Below are positions 48,230 to 61,049 of a stretch of DNA of 64,000 bases, piece by piece. The notes beneath the pieces were generated by a model that was given only the letters and a program-made list of their open reading frames with translations, was not told the origin of the DNA and did not search any database. Every line of letters starts with the position of its first letter. The stretch's first letter is position 1. Origin of the DNA: Styela clava (taxonomy: Eukaryota); NCBI RefSeq assembly GCF_964204865.1, contig NC_135263.1, forward strand, positions 8,680,001-8,744,000, in the 5' to 3' direction. Both the position numbers and the translations under genes were made by a program.

Positions 48230-51200
48230 ATGGATGAAGAAAGTGAGACGATTGTTAAAGAAGGAGGTAACTTTAAAATCTATAACTATAAAATTACAAA
48301 GTGGTACCGCATTAACTCTGTAACTTGAGATATTATCTTGATGAAAAGCAACATAATGAAAGCACTGAATCTGAAGCAGCAGGGAAATGGAATGGCATGA
48401 CTTGTGTAACTTTTCCAATTGGTGTCAATTTGTTTATATTTTCAAATTTCAGATGTTGTATCATACGCCAATGAGCTGCTGTCGAAATGCAACATTCAGT
48501 TCATGATTGAAGAATATTCAGAATGCACAAGTGATTTGTTTCTTGCATTGTATCATGCAATTTTGGGAGACTTTCCACCAGGTTATTACTCATTTGACAC
48601 CTATAATGCAGCTTATGAAAAAGTTCATTTTTTTATTATTCCAGGCATATGAAGCTTTCATTTGAATGATTACTACTAATATTGCGAATAAAGTTTATTC
48701 AATTTTATCACCCATCAAGATGTTTTTCAATTTTATGAATTCCCACAGTCATATGATTTTGAAAATATCGCGGTATATTTTGGAACATTTAAGCAATAGT
48801 ATCATCTTTGTTAATATGGATGATTTTTTATGTACGTAAGAACAAACCTGGCTGATACTTAAAGATGTACTTTTGCTATATAGCCTATTTTTCTTCAATC
48901 TCATTCTAAATAATTAAAGTTATTACCATTGAAAACAGTCTTCATGATTGTTGTCAAATTTTGTTTGGATAATTTCTTCGGTTTTTTGAGAAAATTTTGT
49001 GATAGGTAGCTTATTATATATATATTTTTGTATTTTATAGGAACTCTTGTTGATTGTAGCTCAAAAGAAGCACAAATTCACAATATTAAATGCATAGTTG
49101 AAACATTGTCAGAAGATTATTTAAAAGTAGATTTGTCTCATATACAACCTGAAGATATAGTAAATTGTGATCTATTGTCTGTTTACAACTTGATTGAAAT
49201 TCTCGACGGTCTACTGGATTATTTGCTGGAAAAGATTGGAATGGATAGTGACAGTGGGGGTATGAATTTTAAGTTTTTTGTACGATATTAGCTCAAAAAA
49301 ATTTTTGGATCAGAATCTAAGCAATTTTCATTTGTTATTTCCTCTGAACAAGTCTTTGATCAAGACAGAGCTGATCATTGCTGATAATTAATGGTCCTCC
49401 TGATGATGATGGGTTATGTATTGATCTCTGATCAGCCAGAACTCAACTTTTTGATCCTGGATTTGATAAACCAGTTTAAATGTCGATCTAAACAAGAAAA
49501 ATTCCATTTTTTTAATAAATTCTAACATGGTTAGCTTAGCACAGGTTTATGAGCTAAGATATTATTGAAAAGCTGTGACCTGTGAGATGGTAAATTTGAT
49601 CTCAGAAAACGAGAATATCTCATCTTGTATTTCCTTATTTTATGAAATGTTAACCATTTTTGATTTGAACAATTTGACCAAACAGATGAAGGTGACATAG
49701 ATTCAGATCAACTGAGTGATAATGCAAAACTGATGGCTATGCAAACTATTCAAAAAGAAATGGAAAAATTGAATGTTTCACAAGGGTGAGTATGAGGGGA
49801 TCATTGATACTGTTATGAAATAATTCTGTACAATAACCTTGTCCTAATAAGATAAACATATTTCTTCGATTGGTGCATTTTTTGTGAAAAATGTAAGAAT
49901 ATACAATTTTTTTGTATTATGTATTTCAGGGATCCCACATTTTCAAGTACAGCGGAGTTAATTGCCCTTGGTAAATCAGCTACTGATGAAGACAAATTAT
50001 CCCAAAGCGACAAATTTGAACAACTTGAACCTCAACTGAGTCGCACTCCTGAACTAAGTGATGATATTTCTGATGGAGAACTTTCCGATCATACATTGCG
50101 TGCAACCACTGATTTATCTCCGAGGAACGACACTCTAAAACATGCTTTACCAAGTATTTCTCCGGTTCCATCAGATATGGACAGCTATAAATCACTTCCT
50201 AAAGAATTAAACGGGTTTTCATCAACTTTATCTCACCTTAAAAATGGCTTAAACTCAACAGACCAAAATGGAAGTAGAGATTTTGTGCCTTCGATGAGAC
50301 CTCCCTCTCCTCCTGGTTCTGGTATAGTTATTAGTGATAGTGGAAGTAGTATGGATAGTGAAAGGCAAAGACAAGCACTTGATGTTGAATTGGATGACAA
50401 ACATACGTCATTTTTACTCAAGGTAAAATTCGAGGTGACTTGTACATTTGAACCCACGTAAATTTGAACCCATACATTTGCACCCGTATATCCGTGGGAT
50501 CAATTTATATGAGGGTGCTAAAATCCATGAGTTAGGGTTAGTATGGGTTCGAATATCCGTAAAAAAAATTTTCATAGATGCAATAGTATGCAGGTGCAAT
50601 TGTCGTTGGTTCAAATGTACGTGGGTTCAAATGTGATGGCACCAAAATTTGAGAGTTGTTAAAATTTTAATAATTCAATAAATCAGAATTATTCGTGTTC
50701 TGTTATCCTAGTCAACTTTTTTCTCTTGTCAATTTTTCCCTAATTGCACAGAAAAAGGAACACTCAAGATTTAATCAGGAATCTTCAGGATCAGAATCCA
50801 TTGATGTTGCTGATGGTGGTGGAAGAGGAAAACTAGATGAAGATGATGATTCATCACAGCGAAATATAGATTCTCGGTAATTTTTATGTTGCAGATATAT
50901 TACACATATATGAAGACGTACAATAAGTTTTAGTTCGATTTAATATAGTCTAGTCTGGTGAATTTATTATCTTGCATTAAACAGTCAATGCAAATCAATT
51001 CAGGAAAAAAATTTCTGAATGGATTATATACATATTAAAAACTTCTTAATTTATGACAGTGCAGAATAATAAACAAAAATATGATTCTACCCTCAGGCCT
51101 ACAATGCTTCCACCTCGAAAAGAAAAGGATTGGCAAGCAATGTTGGATAATTTACAGAAAACTGTTGAAGAATCGAAGAAAATAAGGCAAGAATATTTTT

Positions 51201-54200
51201 CATCTTCAAGACTCAGACCAGAATTGACAGCTTCAAGTGATGATCTTCATACAAGGTAAACTGAATACATTCATAGCATTTTTTTTTATCTGTTATATAA
51301 ACACTCCATTCTTGAGTAATTGATTTTTTTTCATTCTCAACCAAGTTATCGTATTAGCAATCTCATTTGGTAACTGTGTTCGAATATATAAAATAATCTT
51401 TTGAATTTATAGTTTATATGACAGATTTTTTCTTATTTTAGTCTTGCGGATGACACAGCAACTACAGAAGAATCTTTGGATGGTAAAACATTAATTTTTA
51501 TAATGGCTTTTTAGAATCCTTGATGCGCATTCATCATAAATATATGATACAAATGTATGATAATATTGATAGAAAATTTACTTGTCGGGAAGACAACTAA
51601 CTGATTTTATTAACATTTTGGAAAATTATGCCATTTTTATCCTGGTAATTCATTTTATGCAGATTCACTTGTGCCCAGAAGAGGCAGAAGTAGACGTAAA
51701 AATGTTCGATTTGAAGATACAGTTTCTACTAAAACTGCAAAAGAACTAAAACAATTCAGAGACTTACTTGAAAAGGAGAAGACGTTACAAAAAGAGAAAA
51801 ACAAGGCAAGTAACAAACAAAAAAATATAAATTTATATTTAAAAAAATAAACTTTTTTTGGTTCTTTCAGATTCTAGCAAGAAGTTATCAAGATCATCTG
51901 GATGAAGTTCAAGATTCTGAAAAAGAAAAACTGAATCCGATGAGAAGAAAAGTTTCTGACACTGAAAAGAAGGTAGTAATGATTGTTGTGAAAATATATG
52001 TACAAGTTAGCAAACTCTAGTCTGGTTTTAGTACTTTGTATAAATTATACTATTACTTATAGGCCTTATGGCTATATTTGTACTAAAAAGGTAAAAGAAA
52101 CAATTCAACAACAAAAACAAGGCAAAAGAAGAGTGCCGCGGAAATCAATGAGGAAGAGAAATAATATGACTGATGCAGCCAAGTTGAAAAGTTGGCTGAG
52201 CCCGGAAAGCAAGTTAACTCTTTGTTCAGCTGGAATATCAAATACGTTTTAAATTGAAAAAAAAATTCAGAGAATAAATTACTCCAAATTTCGTAGATTC
52301 AGATAATTTTTCAATGTAGCATTTTAATTAAACACCTCTCTTGTTTGTCTGTCCAATACTGAGTTTTACACCCTAGATGGGGTGGTCGGTCAAGTATGAA
52401 CCTAAGATTTTTATCCTGTGATATTAGCATAGTTAGATCCAAGACTCCACTTCATATCTCATCACTAACTTAGCATGCAAAATATTCAAGTTTACTCTGG
52501 ACTTCTGTGATAGCATTTTTTTCAAATAATATTACAATCTCTGTTTTTAAAATGTAAATAACTAAACAATTTGCAAACTTACACGATTCCTGTAACAGTC
52601 GGTACTCAGTCTCTCACATGTTTGTACATTTTTTTAATTCTGAATATCTTTATTTTTTTTTCAGAATGCAAAGCTACGACCAAGCGATCTGCTCCCAAAC
52701 GACTTCCATATACCGCAGCTACTGCACCACTCAGTGCTGGCATTGAGTCGATAAATGAATATGATCTTCTTCCCAAATTACTCGAAGAATTTCCACAGCT
52801 TGAATTACCTGCAGCAACTCTCAATGATATGTGGCACAAACAATTTCGACAGATTGAGCATCTTACAAAAGCTTCATTTGATCATAAAAACAAGAAGCGT
52901 CAGGGTGAAATGCAGGTAATAATCAGTATGACGGTTAAACAAGGTTTTGCAATTTTCCAAAATACACTCGTAATATTATCGCAAATGAGTGGGATTTCTC
53001 TTATTCTCTAATCTAACTATTCCCACTTTGCAGTGTGAATTTGTATAAATTGCATAAATGCTAGAGCTGAAAAAATGAATTTTACCTAACACTAGTGTCT
53101 GTACCATAATACCAATTATGCATTATTAAATATCAAATAGGGGCATGGCTGCATGCACTATGCAGAGAAAAAACATCCAGAAAAATAAGAACTATATCAT
53201 AAGCAGAAAACTAACTCAACTGTCCAATTGCATTGAGTGACGCAAACAACATCTTCACACAACTTTATTTTTTCAGTTACATGAAGCCCATCTCAAGCAT
53301 GAGTTACTGACCAGCATAATGCAAAAAGATCACGAACACACCAGACATCTCAGAGATGTGAAAGAACGAGCTGCAAAACAAAAAGAAGCTCAAAGAATTT
53401 TACGAGACAGGAGATTACAGACAGCTCGAATCAGGAAATATTATAAGTAAGAGTAGTCAATGGTGTGCAAAATTCAGTTTAGCATTAATTTTCACTATTT
53501 GGTAATGACAAAAACATTGAGTTTTAGTTAGCAATGCTATTATGCTGAGTAGAATCATGTTTAATTCTTTATTCGAAGTCATTTCAAATATATTCCGCTT
53601 TTGTATGAATAAAAATGCTTGAATTATTTCAACTTCAAATAGGAATATCTCTCATTTAAATTTCACTCTGATTTCAGAGATTATCATTTGCAAATGAAAG
53701 GTAGGATGATGAAGCGGAGAACCAAGGAAGAAAAGGTAAACATGAAACTCCATTCAGTTTTGTTTTTGTTTTATTCAGTTTCAAAACCACCATGAGATTG
53801 TATATCATAGATTAAGTTTAATTTACTACTAATTGATAAGGGTATTTTAACATGATTGCCTTGACTGGTTTGTTTTTTGTAGCCTTAGCAATTTCCATAG
53901 TGAAGTGGGGATGTACCTAACGGGTTCTTTGAGAGCAAGCTCAAATATAACTAGAGCTGCGTGCAGCTTTAACAGGCTTCCCGCGTAAAAAAAAATTTGC
54001 ATTTTATTGCTAGCTGAGAACTTCTGCACATTTGAGGTGAATTTCAAGTTTGTAGGACCAATTTGAAAAAATAATAATAATAAATAAATAATAATAATAA
54101 TAAAACACAGGAATACAATAGGTTCCCTGCTGACAAGCAGCGGGAAGCCTAATTAAACGAGAAAGATTTCGATGCATGAGAAACCACTCGTCTTTGATTA

Positions 54201-55959
54201 ATAAATTAGAAACCCAAAATAGAAAAACCTGGCGCCATACAGGCAGAAACAAAATCTAGGTATAGGATCCTCTTGGATTCGAATCCTCTGGTTTCGATAT
54301 TCTGAATTGCCCATCCTTAGATGTACGACAACTTTGTCATATCAAGATGCTATGATTATGGTTTTGTTGCGATTTTACAGCGAGGTAGCTTGATTTTTGA
54401 ATTTGAAATAATTGAAGTCCTAATTCTAAAATAATATGTTTCTTTTTATGAAATCCGGATGCTCCAATCTTTGATAATGAAGCTTCAATTGTTTTTTTTG
54501 TTCAGATATTCAAGCGACTTTTTGAAGATGGTTTGTCAATCCAGCGAGCAAGATTGAGAGAATTGCGGAAATATGCAAGAGATAAAAGAGAAGAACAACA
54601 AAAACGACAACTTGATGAAATACAAAGCCTTGAAAATTATTACAAAGATCAGTTTAATATTTTGGCAGACACTCTTGCAAATGAACGAAATGATTTAAAA
54701 GTTCGAGATGCAGCTCAAATGAAGGTGATTGTAAATTTTCAATTCAAATGAGGCGCAGTTCTTACCACTTCATGGCAGCACCTGCCACGAACGAACCGCG
54801 GCGTCTCTTATCATGGTCTTGCGGCACCTTCAGACGCCACAAAATACGTAAAACTGCACTTGATTCAAATGCAATACAATAATATAGATCAGGGTGGTCC
54901 AAACTGCGGCCCGCGGGACTTTTTTGAATCCCGATGTCGTGATTAATGTTTGTTGAAATCAGGGAATTTCAATGTTGTATCTATAAACGTCAAAACGGCG
55001 CCAATATGGGAATGACGACTTGTGACCGGTACCGGCAAAATAAACTTCGAACCTTAAGCTCGCGCCAAGTAACTCCTCATTTGGAGAGACGTCTTGTGCC
55101 TTTATTTTAGTAAAAACACTCCTCTAGTTTCGAGCTGTGGCTATGTTGACAGCAGTGCTGAACCGTGGAGCTGACTTATCGCCTCGCGATCCAGATCTTT
55201 TTTCAGCTGAGTCTCGAGTCCCAACTTAAACGGACGGACGAAACTATAACAATTCATCATACAATCGGTGTGAAAAAAGGTGACCTAGGAAAACTGGGAG
55301 GAAACGCATTTCCTTGCCTATAACAACCTTAAACCACAGTGTCTGGTGTGTTTTCAAGTAATATCTGTCACAAAAGAATATAATTTTAAGACATTACAAA
55401 ACCAAACATGATAAAATAAATATACCAAAAATACGTTATTTCTCGGCAAGCAATTTTAAAATAACTAAAGGCTTCTATATCCTCCTCAAAAATCTGATTA
55501 GAACAGTAAAACCCCATTCTTAAATTTATTTAAAGTGAGTAAATTTGCGTTGTTTTGATCATTTTTGGGTTTTCTCCGACTGCGGCCCGCGAAACATTTT
55601 CAAAAGATTTTGCGGCCCGCCAACCTTGGACCACCCTGATATAGATGCCTCATATTATTAAAATGTGTGTTCTCGCCTCGCTCATCATGCGACTGACATA
55701 TTAATGAGCGTTTATTGATTCAATAAATATAACAGTAATATAGTTAGTAAATAACGATCATGACAGTCATAAATTTTGCATCTCACAGTTGATTCGTCAA
55801 ATGAAACGTGGACTGAGGCAGAAGATGGAAAAAGAAATTGGTGATTTACAAGATATGATTGCAAGAGATGATGAAGATGCATATTTTCGTGAAATTGAGG
55901 CAGACAGATTAAGAAGACAACTGCAGCTTGCAACATATCATGCTAAGTTTCAAGATTAA
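48230..55959 (+). CDS. CEP95: Centrosomal protein of 95 kDa (CCDC45), 16 coding exons
   Basis: Exons 48230-48266, 48453-48581, 49041-49259, 49686-49785, 49930-50422, 50752-50876, 51097-51255, 51442-51482, 51663-51805, 51871-51972, 52091-52208 (boundaries less certain), 52665-52915, 53277-53446, 53678-53735, 54506-54724, 55789-55959. N-terminus ANELLSKCNI...LYHAILG...DYLKVDLSHI...NLIEILDGLLDYL and C-terminus LENYYKDQF...DDEDAYFREIEADRLRRQLQLA match CEP95. AATAAA at about 56505. Confidence 0.9.
50434..50643. mobile_element. 210 bp MITE with internally repeated terminal inverted repeats
   Basis: GGTGACTTGTACATTTGAACCCACGTAAATTTGAACC ... GGTTCAAATGTACGTGGGTTCAAATGTGATGGCACC, about 15 bp subunits, internal GTTAGGGTTAG, near-perfect 9 bp TSD AAAATTCGA/AAAATTTGA. 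Confidence 0.85.
53949..54153 (-). mobile_element. Helentron-associated non-autonomous element (HINE/DINE-1-like)
   Basis: Read on the minus strand: subterminal inverted repeat AGGCTTCCCGC, (TTA)n microsatellite, complementary GCGGGAAGCCT, terminal hairpin AGCTGC-AC-GCAGCT and CTAGTT end; no TSD. Confidence 0.75.
54890..55638 (+). mobile_element. 749 bp hAT (Buster/Charlie/SPIN-like) deletion derivative in the last CEP95 intron
   Basis: Perfect 13 bp TIR CAGGGTGGTCCAA/TTGGACCACCCTG, perfect 8 bp TSD ATATAGAT, subterminal TGCGGCCCGC repeats, and a frameshifted zinc-finger relic WEETHFLAYNNLKPQCLVCFQVISVTKEYNF/HYKTKH at about 55295-55410. Confidence 0.92.
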
Positions 55960-57272
55960 CAATATGAATTACGAATATTACTATAATGCAAATAAGACTG
56001 TGAATACTTTTATGACCAAATTTTATATATTGTGTTAAAATTGTGAGAGAGGCACTGTGTTTGTGTAATCATAGTGTCATAATTTGATAGTCAACATCCC
56101 TAGTATTTCAGACTCTTGTTAGTTTAACTTTATGAATATGTAACTTATAAGCAAATAGAGCGATCTTATTTTATTGCAAGTTTTTTTATTTGACCAATTT
56201 CACGAGTTTGGACGCGCTAGTTTTCGAAGTCACTTGACTTTTAAAATTGTAACCAAAGCTTGTAGAGTTCAATATTTTTCATTGTGTGTTTAACACTTTT
56301 CTTGTTGAGTAGTGTGGAAATTTATCACTCATTATTTATATGATGTTATGTATTTCATTAGTTTCTCCTGAAGTTTTGTACTGAAATTTACCATTCAAGT
56401 AGTATGTGTATATTTGATAGTGTAGAGAACTGTATAAATCATTGAGTAGTTTGCAAAACTTTGAATGACATATAACAAAGAGTTTTAATATTTAAACTTA
56501 TTCTAATAAATATGAGACATTTGTATGTTTTTAATTCTGTAGTTTCGCCTCTGAAAAGGGTATGTTCGTTAGGAAAAAGGTCTCTCGTGGTGATGTATAT
56601 TTATTCTTTTAGTCTTGAAATGTCAGCGCCCCGTCGTATTTGACTTGCCATTCATAGAATAATGCTATTCGTATTTTTGACTTCTGTAGAAATTCAAGAC
56701 ACTCAGCCGCCGACTATACGTGGTATAGAATGATGAAATTCCAGCTGCAATTTGTGCTGGGAGTTGCGACGGTGTAAACTGTAAATATGCTCATTTTTTT
56801 TTAATTACAGGCGTTTGGTTCAAATTCATCGCTCCGCTATGAGCGGTAGTGAGCAACAATCTGTGCGAGCTTTCTCGAGTGTCGTTAACGCCGGGGACCC
56901 TACCGGTTCTCTTATATGTCGACTAAACTGATAATTTATTTGGAGAAACCAAAAATGTCCTGTTCATGAATACGAATTGGCAATGTATTTAGATTTGACA
57001 AAAAAGCGTCATTTGCCGCGTTATTGGGCAGTGAGTAAATTAATATCCTCGTCTTTCCCGTTCAGTGTCAGATTATCATCCAGTCAATGCTGCAATGCAG
57101 GTTCTTGTAATTATTGGAAGGTAGGATCGCTCCACTTTTCTGCTTTTGCAGTGTTGATAACGTTATGCTTAATATAGTTTACAAACTAAATAACAAAGGA
57201 AAAAATTTGTTTAGTCTGTGTTATCTCTAACATGAAAGCATGCCTGTCTCATGTCTGCCTGTTGAAAATAGG

Positions 57273-59089
57273 ATTTACATATTTATTCGTGGGAGAGGAA
57301 AGCTGATAAGACGGCTTAATCCTGTAATCATATGGTGAACCACGGCCTCTCGTCCGGTTACCAGTCCAGGTCGGGTATGGGATTAGTTAGCCAGTTAGGC
57401 TACGGTACCGTAAAAGCGCCTAACTTCGGACAGTTCCTAACTTCGGACAAAATTTTTGAACGGCCATATCTTGGCTAAAACGCGCTGTATATTGCTAATT
57501 TTAATTATTATAGGTTGCGCTGTTATATCTACATCTATTCTCATCTTTTTTAATGTTGAATAATTATTTTTTTGGTAAAAAAACGGAAATTTTGCCGAAA
57601 ACTGACTGCCCGGCATTCAACGGCGCAGAGCGTCGCTACTACTGAAGCTATCATCGTCAAAATACCATCATTCGGTAGAGGGCGACAACAATGTATATAA
57701 TTCATTTGAGTGATCGCAAGATGTCGTACGAGATTTAAATAAAACCTAAAATTCTGAATTATAAATTCCGTAAGAATATTAAGATTTCACGCAGCGTCAA
57801 AAATTACGTCAACCTCACGTAGATTATTTTTCGCTCACTTCCGACACGACGTCACACTGCGTCGCGGAAATGAATTTTGACGCCAGACACAACGGAGCCA
57901 ATATGACAAATTCCGTTAAGATAAAGACGGCGTTCCAATGTAATATTTTTGTATTTTGTTCGGTCATGTATGAATATATGCCAAAATTACATTAATGAAA
58001 ATACATGTCACATTTAATCGATGACGTTAAAAATCGAATATATAAAACTATGATAATTCCAACGTCCATATGGCACAGTGCACTGACTTAACCATTATTT
58101 TATGATTAGTAGTCGAAATGACAGTTATTGAATACGGCCTGGGTGAATTTTATTCGAAATTAAAAATAAATTTAATCTCCAACAAATAAACGGGACCTAC
58201 ATGTTTACAAGATTAAGTTGAATTTTAAATTAAACTTTACAATCGGATTTACCGTGTGTTTGATATAAATTATCATTTATAAAGATAACCGCGCAGAATA
58301 AAAAAAAGCTATCCGTTGAGAATATTAATACTTCAAAGACTTCGATAGAAGCCCGTTAAAATACTTCATTGTGGATTGAAACGGTTTGCATCAGATATAT
58401 TTACGTATGCATTTCCTGATTAAAATGACTAACGTGTTATTATACTCATCTGAAGTATCGAAAATGACGAACGAAAGATGTAAACATAGGACGACGGAAG
58501 TTTCAAATAATGCATTTTCGTCGTGACGTCAATGTTACGTTACGACGACGATCGAGCGTCTTATCTTCACGCAACGACGAGATTACGTCATCCGCATCGG
58601 AAGCCTCTTTCTCTCTGTGCGTCGCGGTTACGCAGTGAAGAAAATGATTGTCCGAAGTTAGGGCAGTGAAGGATAACGGTCATATGGCAAGAAATATCGA
58701 TTATTTCAATAGTAAAAATAGTCCAATTGAACCGAAATTTGCAGGGAATGTAAATTACCGCACGAATGTTTTACCGATCAATTTTGGCACCGTTTGGACA
58801 ATAAATGGCCGAGTTATTGACGAAAATATAGTAATTTTGTCCGAAGTTAGGCGCTTTTACGGTATTTGTTTTCGGAAGCATGGACTTGATGGTGGATTGG
58901 TGGAGGCAGCCGTAACCAACCAGCGGTTACGTAAACCATCCTACGGTGGGGAGGAGTCCAGCAATCCTCTAGCACATGATCATCCTCGCATGGGATTCGA
59001 ACCCACGAAGGGTTATCAGAAATGCGGTGGCGATCGTATTCCTACTGTCCTAAACGCTTAGCACTGTAGCATGATGCGCCGCACCGTCC
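57273..59089 (-). mobile_element. tRNA-derived SINE split by a nested DNA transposon (SINE parts about 59089-58863 and 57397-57273)
   Basis: Minus-strand head GGACGGTGCGGCGCA...GCTAAGCG (A-box-like) and B box GGGTTCGAATCCC (58992-59004); the body resumes on the far side of the insertion and ends in an AATAAATATGTAAAT tail. Confidence 0.75.
57408..58862. mobile_element. 1455 bp non-autonomous Tc1/mariner-superfamily element
   Basis: Perfect 25 bp TIR CCGTAAAAGCGCCTAACTTCGGACA/TGTCCGAAGTTAGGCGCTTTTACGG with TA on both sides; inner copies of CCTAACTTCGGACA at about 57436 and 58649; no transposase ORF. Confidence 0.92.
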
Positions 59090-59230
59090 ATTTTGCTTTG
59101 AGAGCCCATATTACAGTATCAACTTTTGCAATTTAGACTATTTACATGTTTACTGACTTGATACATTGATAACATAATTTACAGTATTGACCATTCCTGT
59201 TACTGTGTTATTAAAATTGTAACGCAACAG

Positions 59231-59340
59231 TACCGGTACGGTACCGGTACAAGCATATTCTGATATTGACTGATTGGTACGGTAAACCGGAATACGATTC
59301 GAATTACTAAACAACCACTGCAGTTAGTCTATATACCGGT
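59231..59340. repeat. Second TACCGGTA/TACGGTA array
   Basis: TACCGGTACGGTACCGGTA at 59231-59249, GGTACGGTA at 59276, TATACCGGT at 59332. Confidence 0.75.
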
Positions 59341-59736
59341 TTTCTATATGAGTTCAGAAGTTAGTTATACTTGAATCAGATTCGGCTACGTTCACAAGAA
59401 TAAATATAAAAAACGACTCACAGACGTTTTGGCCCAGATAGGCTCAAATGTAGAGATACGTTTATCAACAAAGCAATTGCCATAGAAGACGAGGCTCGAT
59501 TGCCGCAACTGCATATTGTATCTTTTTGAAGGTGTGGTATTTTGTTTTATTTTATTTACTAAAGGTGGATCCGATATACAATCCATACGCAGGGTTTTTT
59601 TCATCACAAATATTTTTTTGTTTCACATGTCTGTTGGTTGCCGTCCATATGTTGGTTGACGTGTACATGAAGGCTCATTTTTTCAAGAAAAATGTGAGTT
59701 GCAATTTTATTGTGCATTTCTCAAAATTCTAAAGCA

Positions 59737-60479
59737 CACTGTTTAATTTGTCACTTTTCCATCAGTACAATGAAAAAATACAATATAAGTAGACATTTCA
59801 GAATAACCACAGCATTCAATATGAAAAATTTAAAGATCTTCTTTGAACCATAAAACTGTTGCAGTTAAAAGCACAGCTAAATCAGCTGCAAACCTGCTTC
59901 AAAACAATCTGTAAAAGTAATGTTGCCACTTTTTCAGCCAGTTATGAACTTAGCCAGATGGTTGCAGTCTCTGAAAAGCCTTATACTGATGGAGCTTTCA
60001 TAAAAAATTGCCTTGTAAAAACAGTTGAAAACACTTTTCAAAGATTTATTTTTGACAAGAAATACAGTTACTACTAGAATTGATAAGATGACTGCAAATT
60101 TGAAAGAACAAATAAAATTTGCTTCTGCTGACTTTGAATATTTTTCCCTAGCAATTGACGAGATGTGTGATATATCAGGCACAGCACAACTTGCGACTTT
60201 TGGATAGTTGTATATAAAAATTTATGATTTTCTGTAATAAATACAGTAAATAATAGTGAAATGCAAGAAATTAATATGCAAATGACATTAGAAATTTGAG
60301 AAAATAACAAAACTTTATTTGATGTTTAACTACATCACAATATATGTCACAAACTATACATATTCAAAAATAAGCTTTAATTATTCATTATCAAAATATA
60401 TCAAAAACTGTTTGCAGCCCATGGCACAGTTCCCAACATGCAATGCGGCCCTCGAATACCCACGAGTTTGACATCCCAG
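59737..60479 (+). pseudogene. Decayed hAT (Buster/SPIN, GTF2IRD2-like) transposase fragment with right end
   Basis: Frameshifted peptides CLICHFSISTMKKYNISRHF, ASYELSQMVAVSEKPYTDGAFIKNCL and LTRNTVTTRIDKM...FEYFSLAIDEMCDISGTAQLATF; 3' end TGCGGCCCTC...GTTTGACATCCCAG followed by GTCTAAAT. Left TIR not found. Confidence 0.8.
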
Positions 60480-61049
60480 GTCTAAATAACAAAAAAAAAC
60501 TATTCTATCTGAAATCTAATAAAAATATGTCAAGATAACTTGAATGATTTATGTGGATTTCTGTTAATTTTCATGTACACCAGAACACAATATTACGAGG
60601 ACTAGGTTGTGTAAAATAATGGAAGATGCTGACTTGAGACTACTCTGAAAATAAATAAGTCTGTAAGGAAGGGGGCATCATAGAGGAGAGTCATCATAAT
60701 AAATTCAAGCATAATTACTACAGCATGATATAATATGCTTTCCTTGTGTTTTGATATATCCATTCTTTATGGTAGCATATGCTGCAGTCCCTGCTAGCAA
60801 TAGTATGGTTCGTCCCTATTTTCACTACTCATACTTTGAAAAATAGGAAAAATGAGAAGTTTTTGTAAATTCATTTTCATTAAAAGAAAAAAGTTTGCAA
60901 ATTTTTTGAGGTGTGGGAATTAAGTTGTTCTCTTTGTTTTTTTCCAGATATTTATTTGTTTATGAAGATACTTGTTCTGTCAAATTAGTTTTTATCTTAA
61001 GTTTACATAAGAGCTGTAGTACAAGAGTTTTCCCGTTTGGAAGTACATT

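Noticed and set aside
49369-49436. Intronic C/D snoRNA or pre-miRNA in CEP95
   Set aside because: TGATGA and CTGA are too close together and the stem beyond 8 bp pairs poorly.
58648-59061. 137 aa ORF as a transposase
   Set aside because: It spans the TIR and the antisense SINE and has no HTH or DDE motifs.
58980-59089. Functional tRNA gene
   Set aside because: A B box is present but there is no clear cloverleaf, and it continues into a SINE body.
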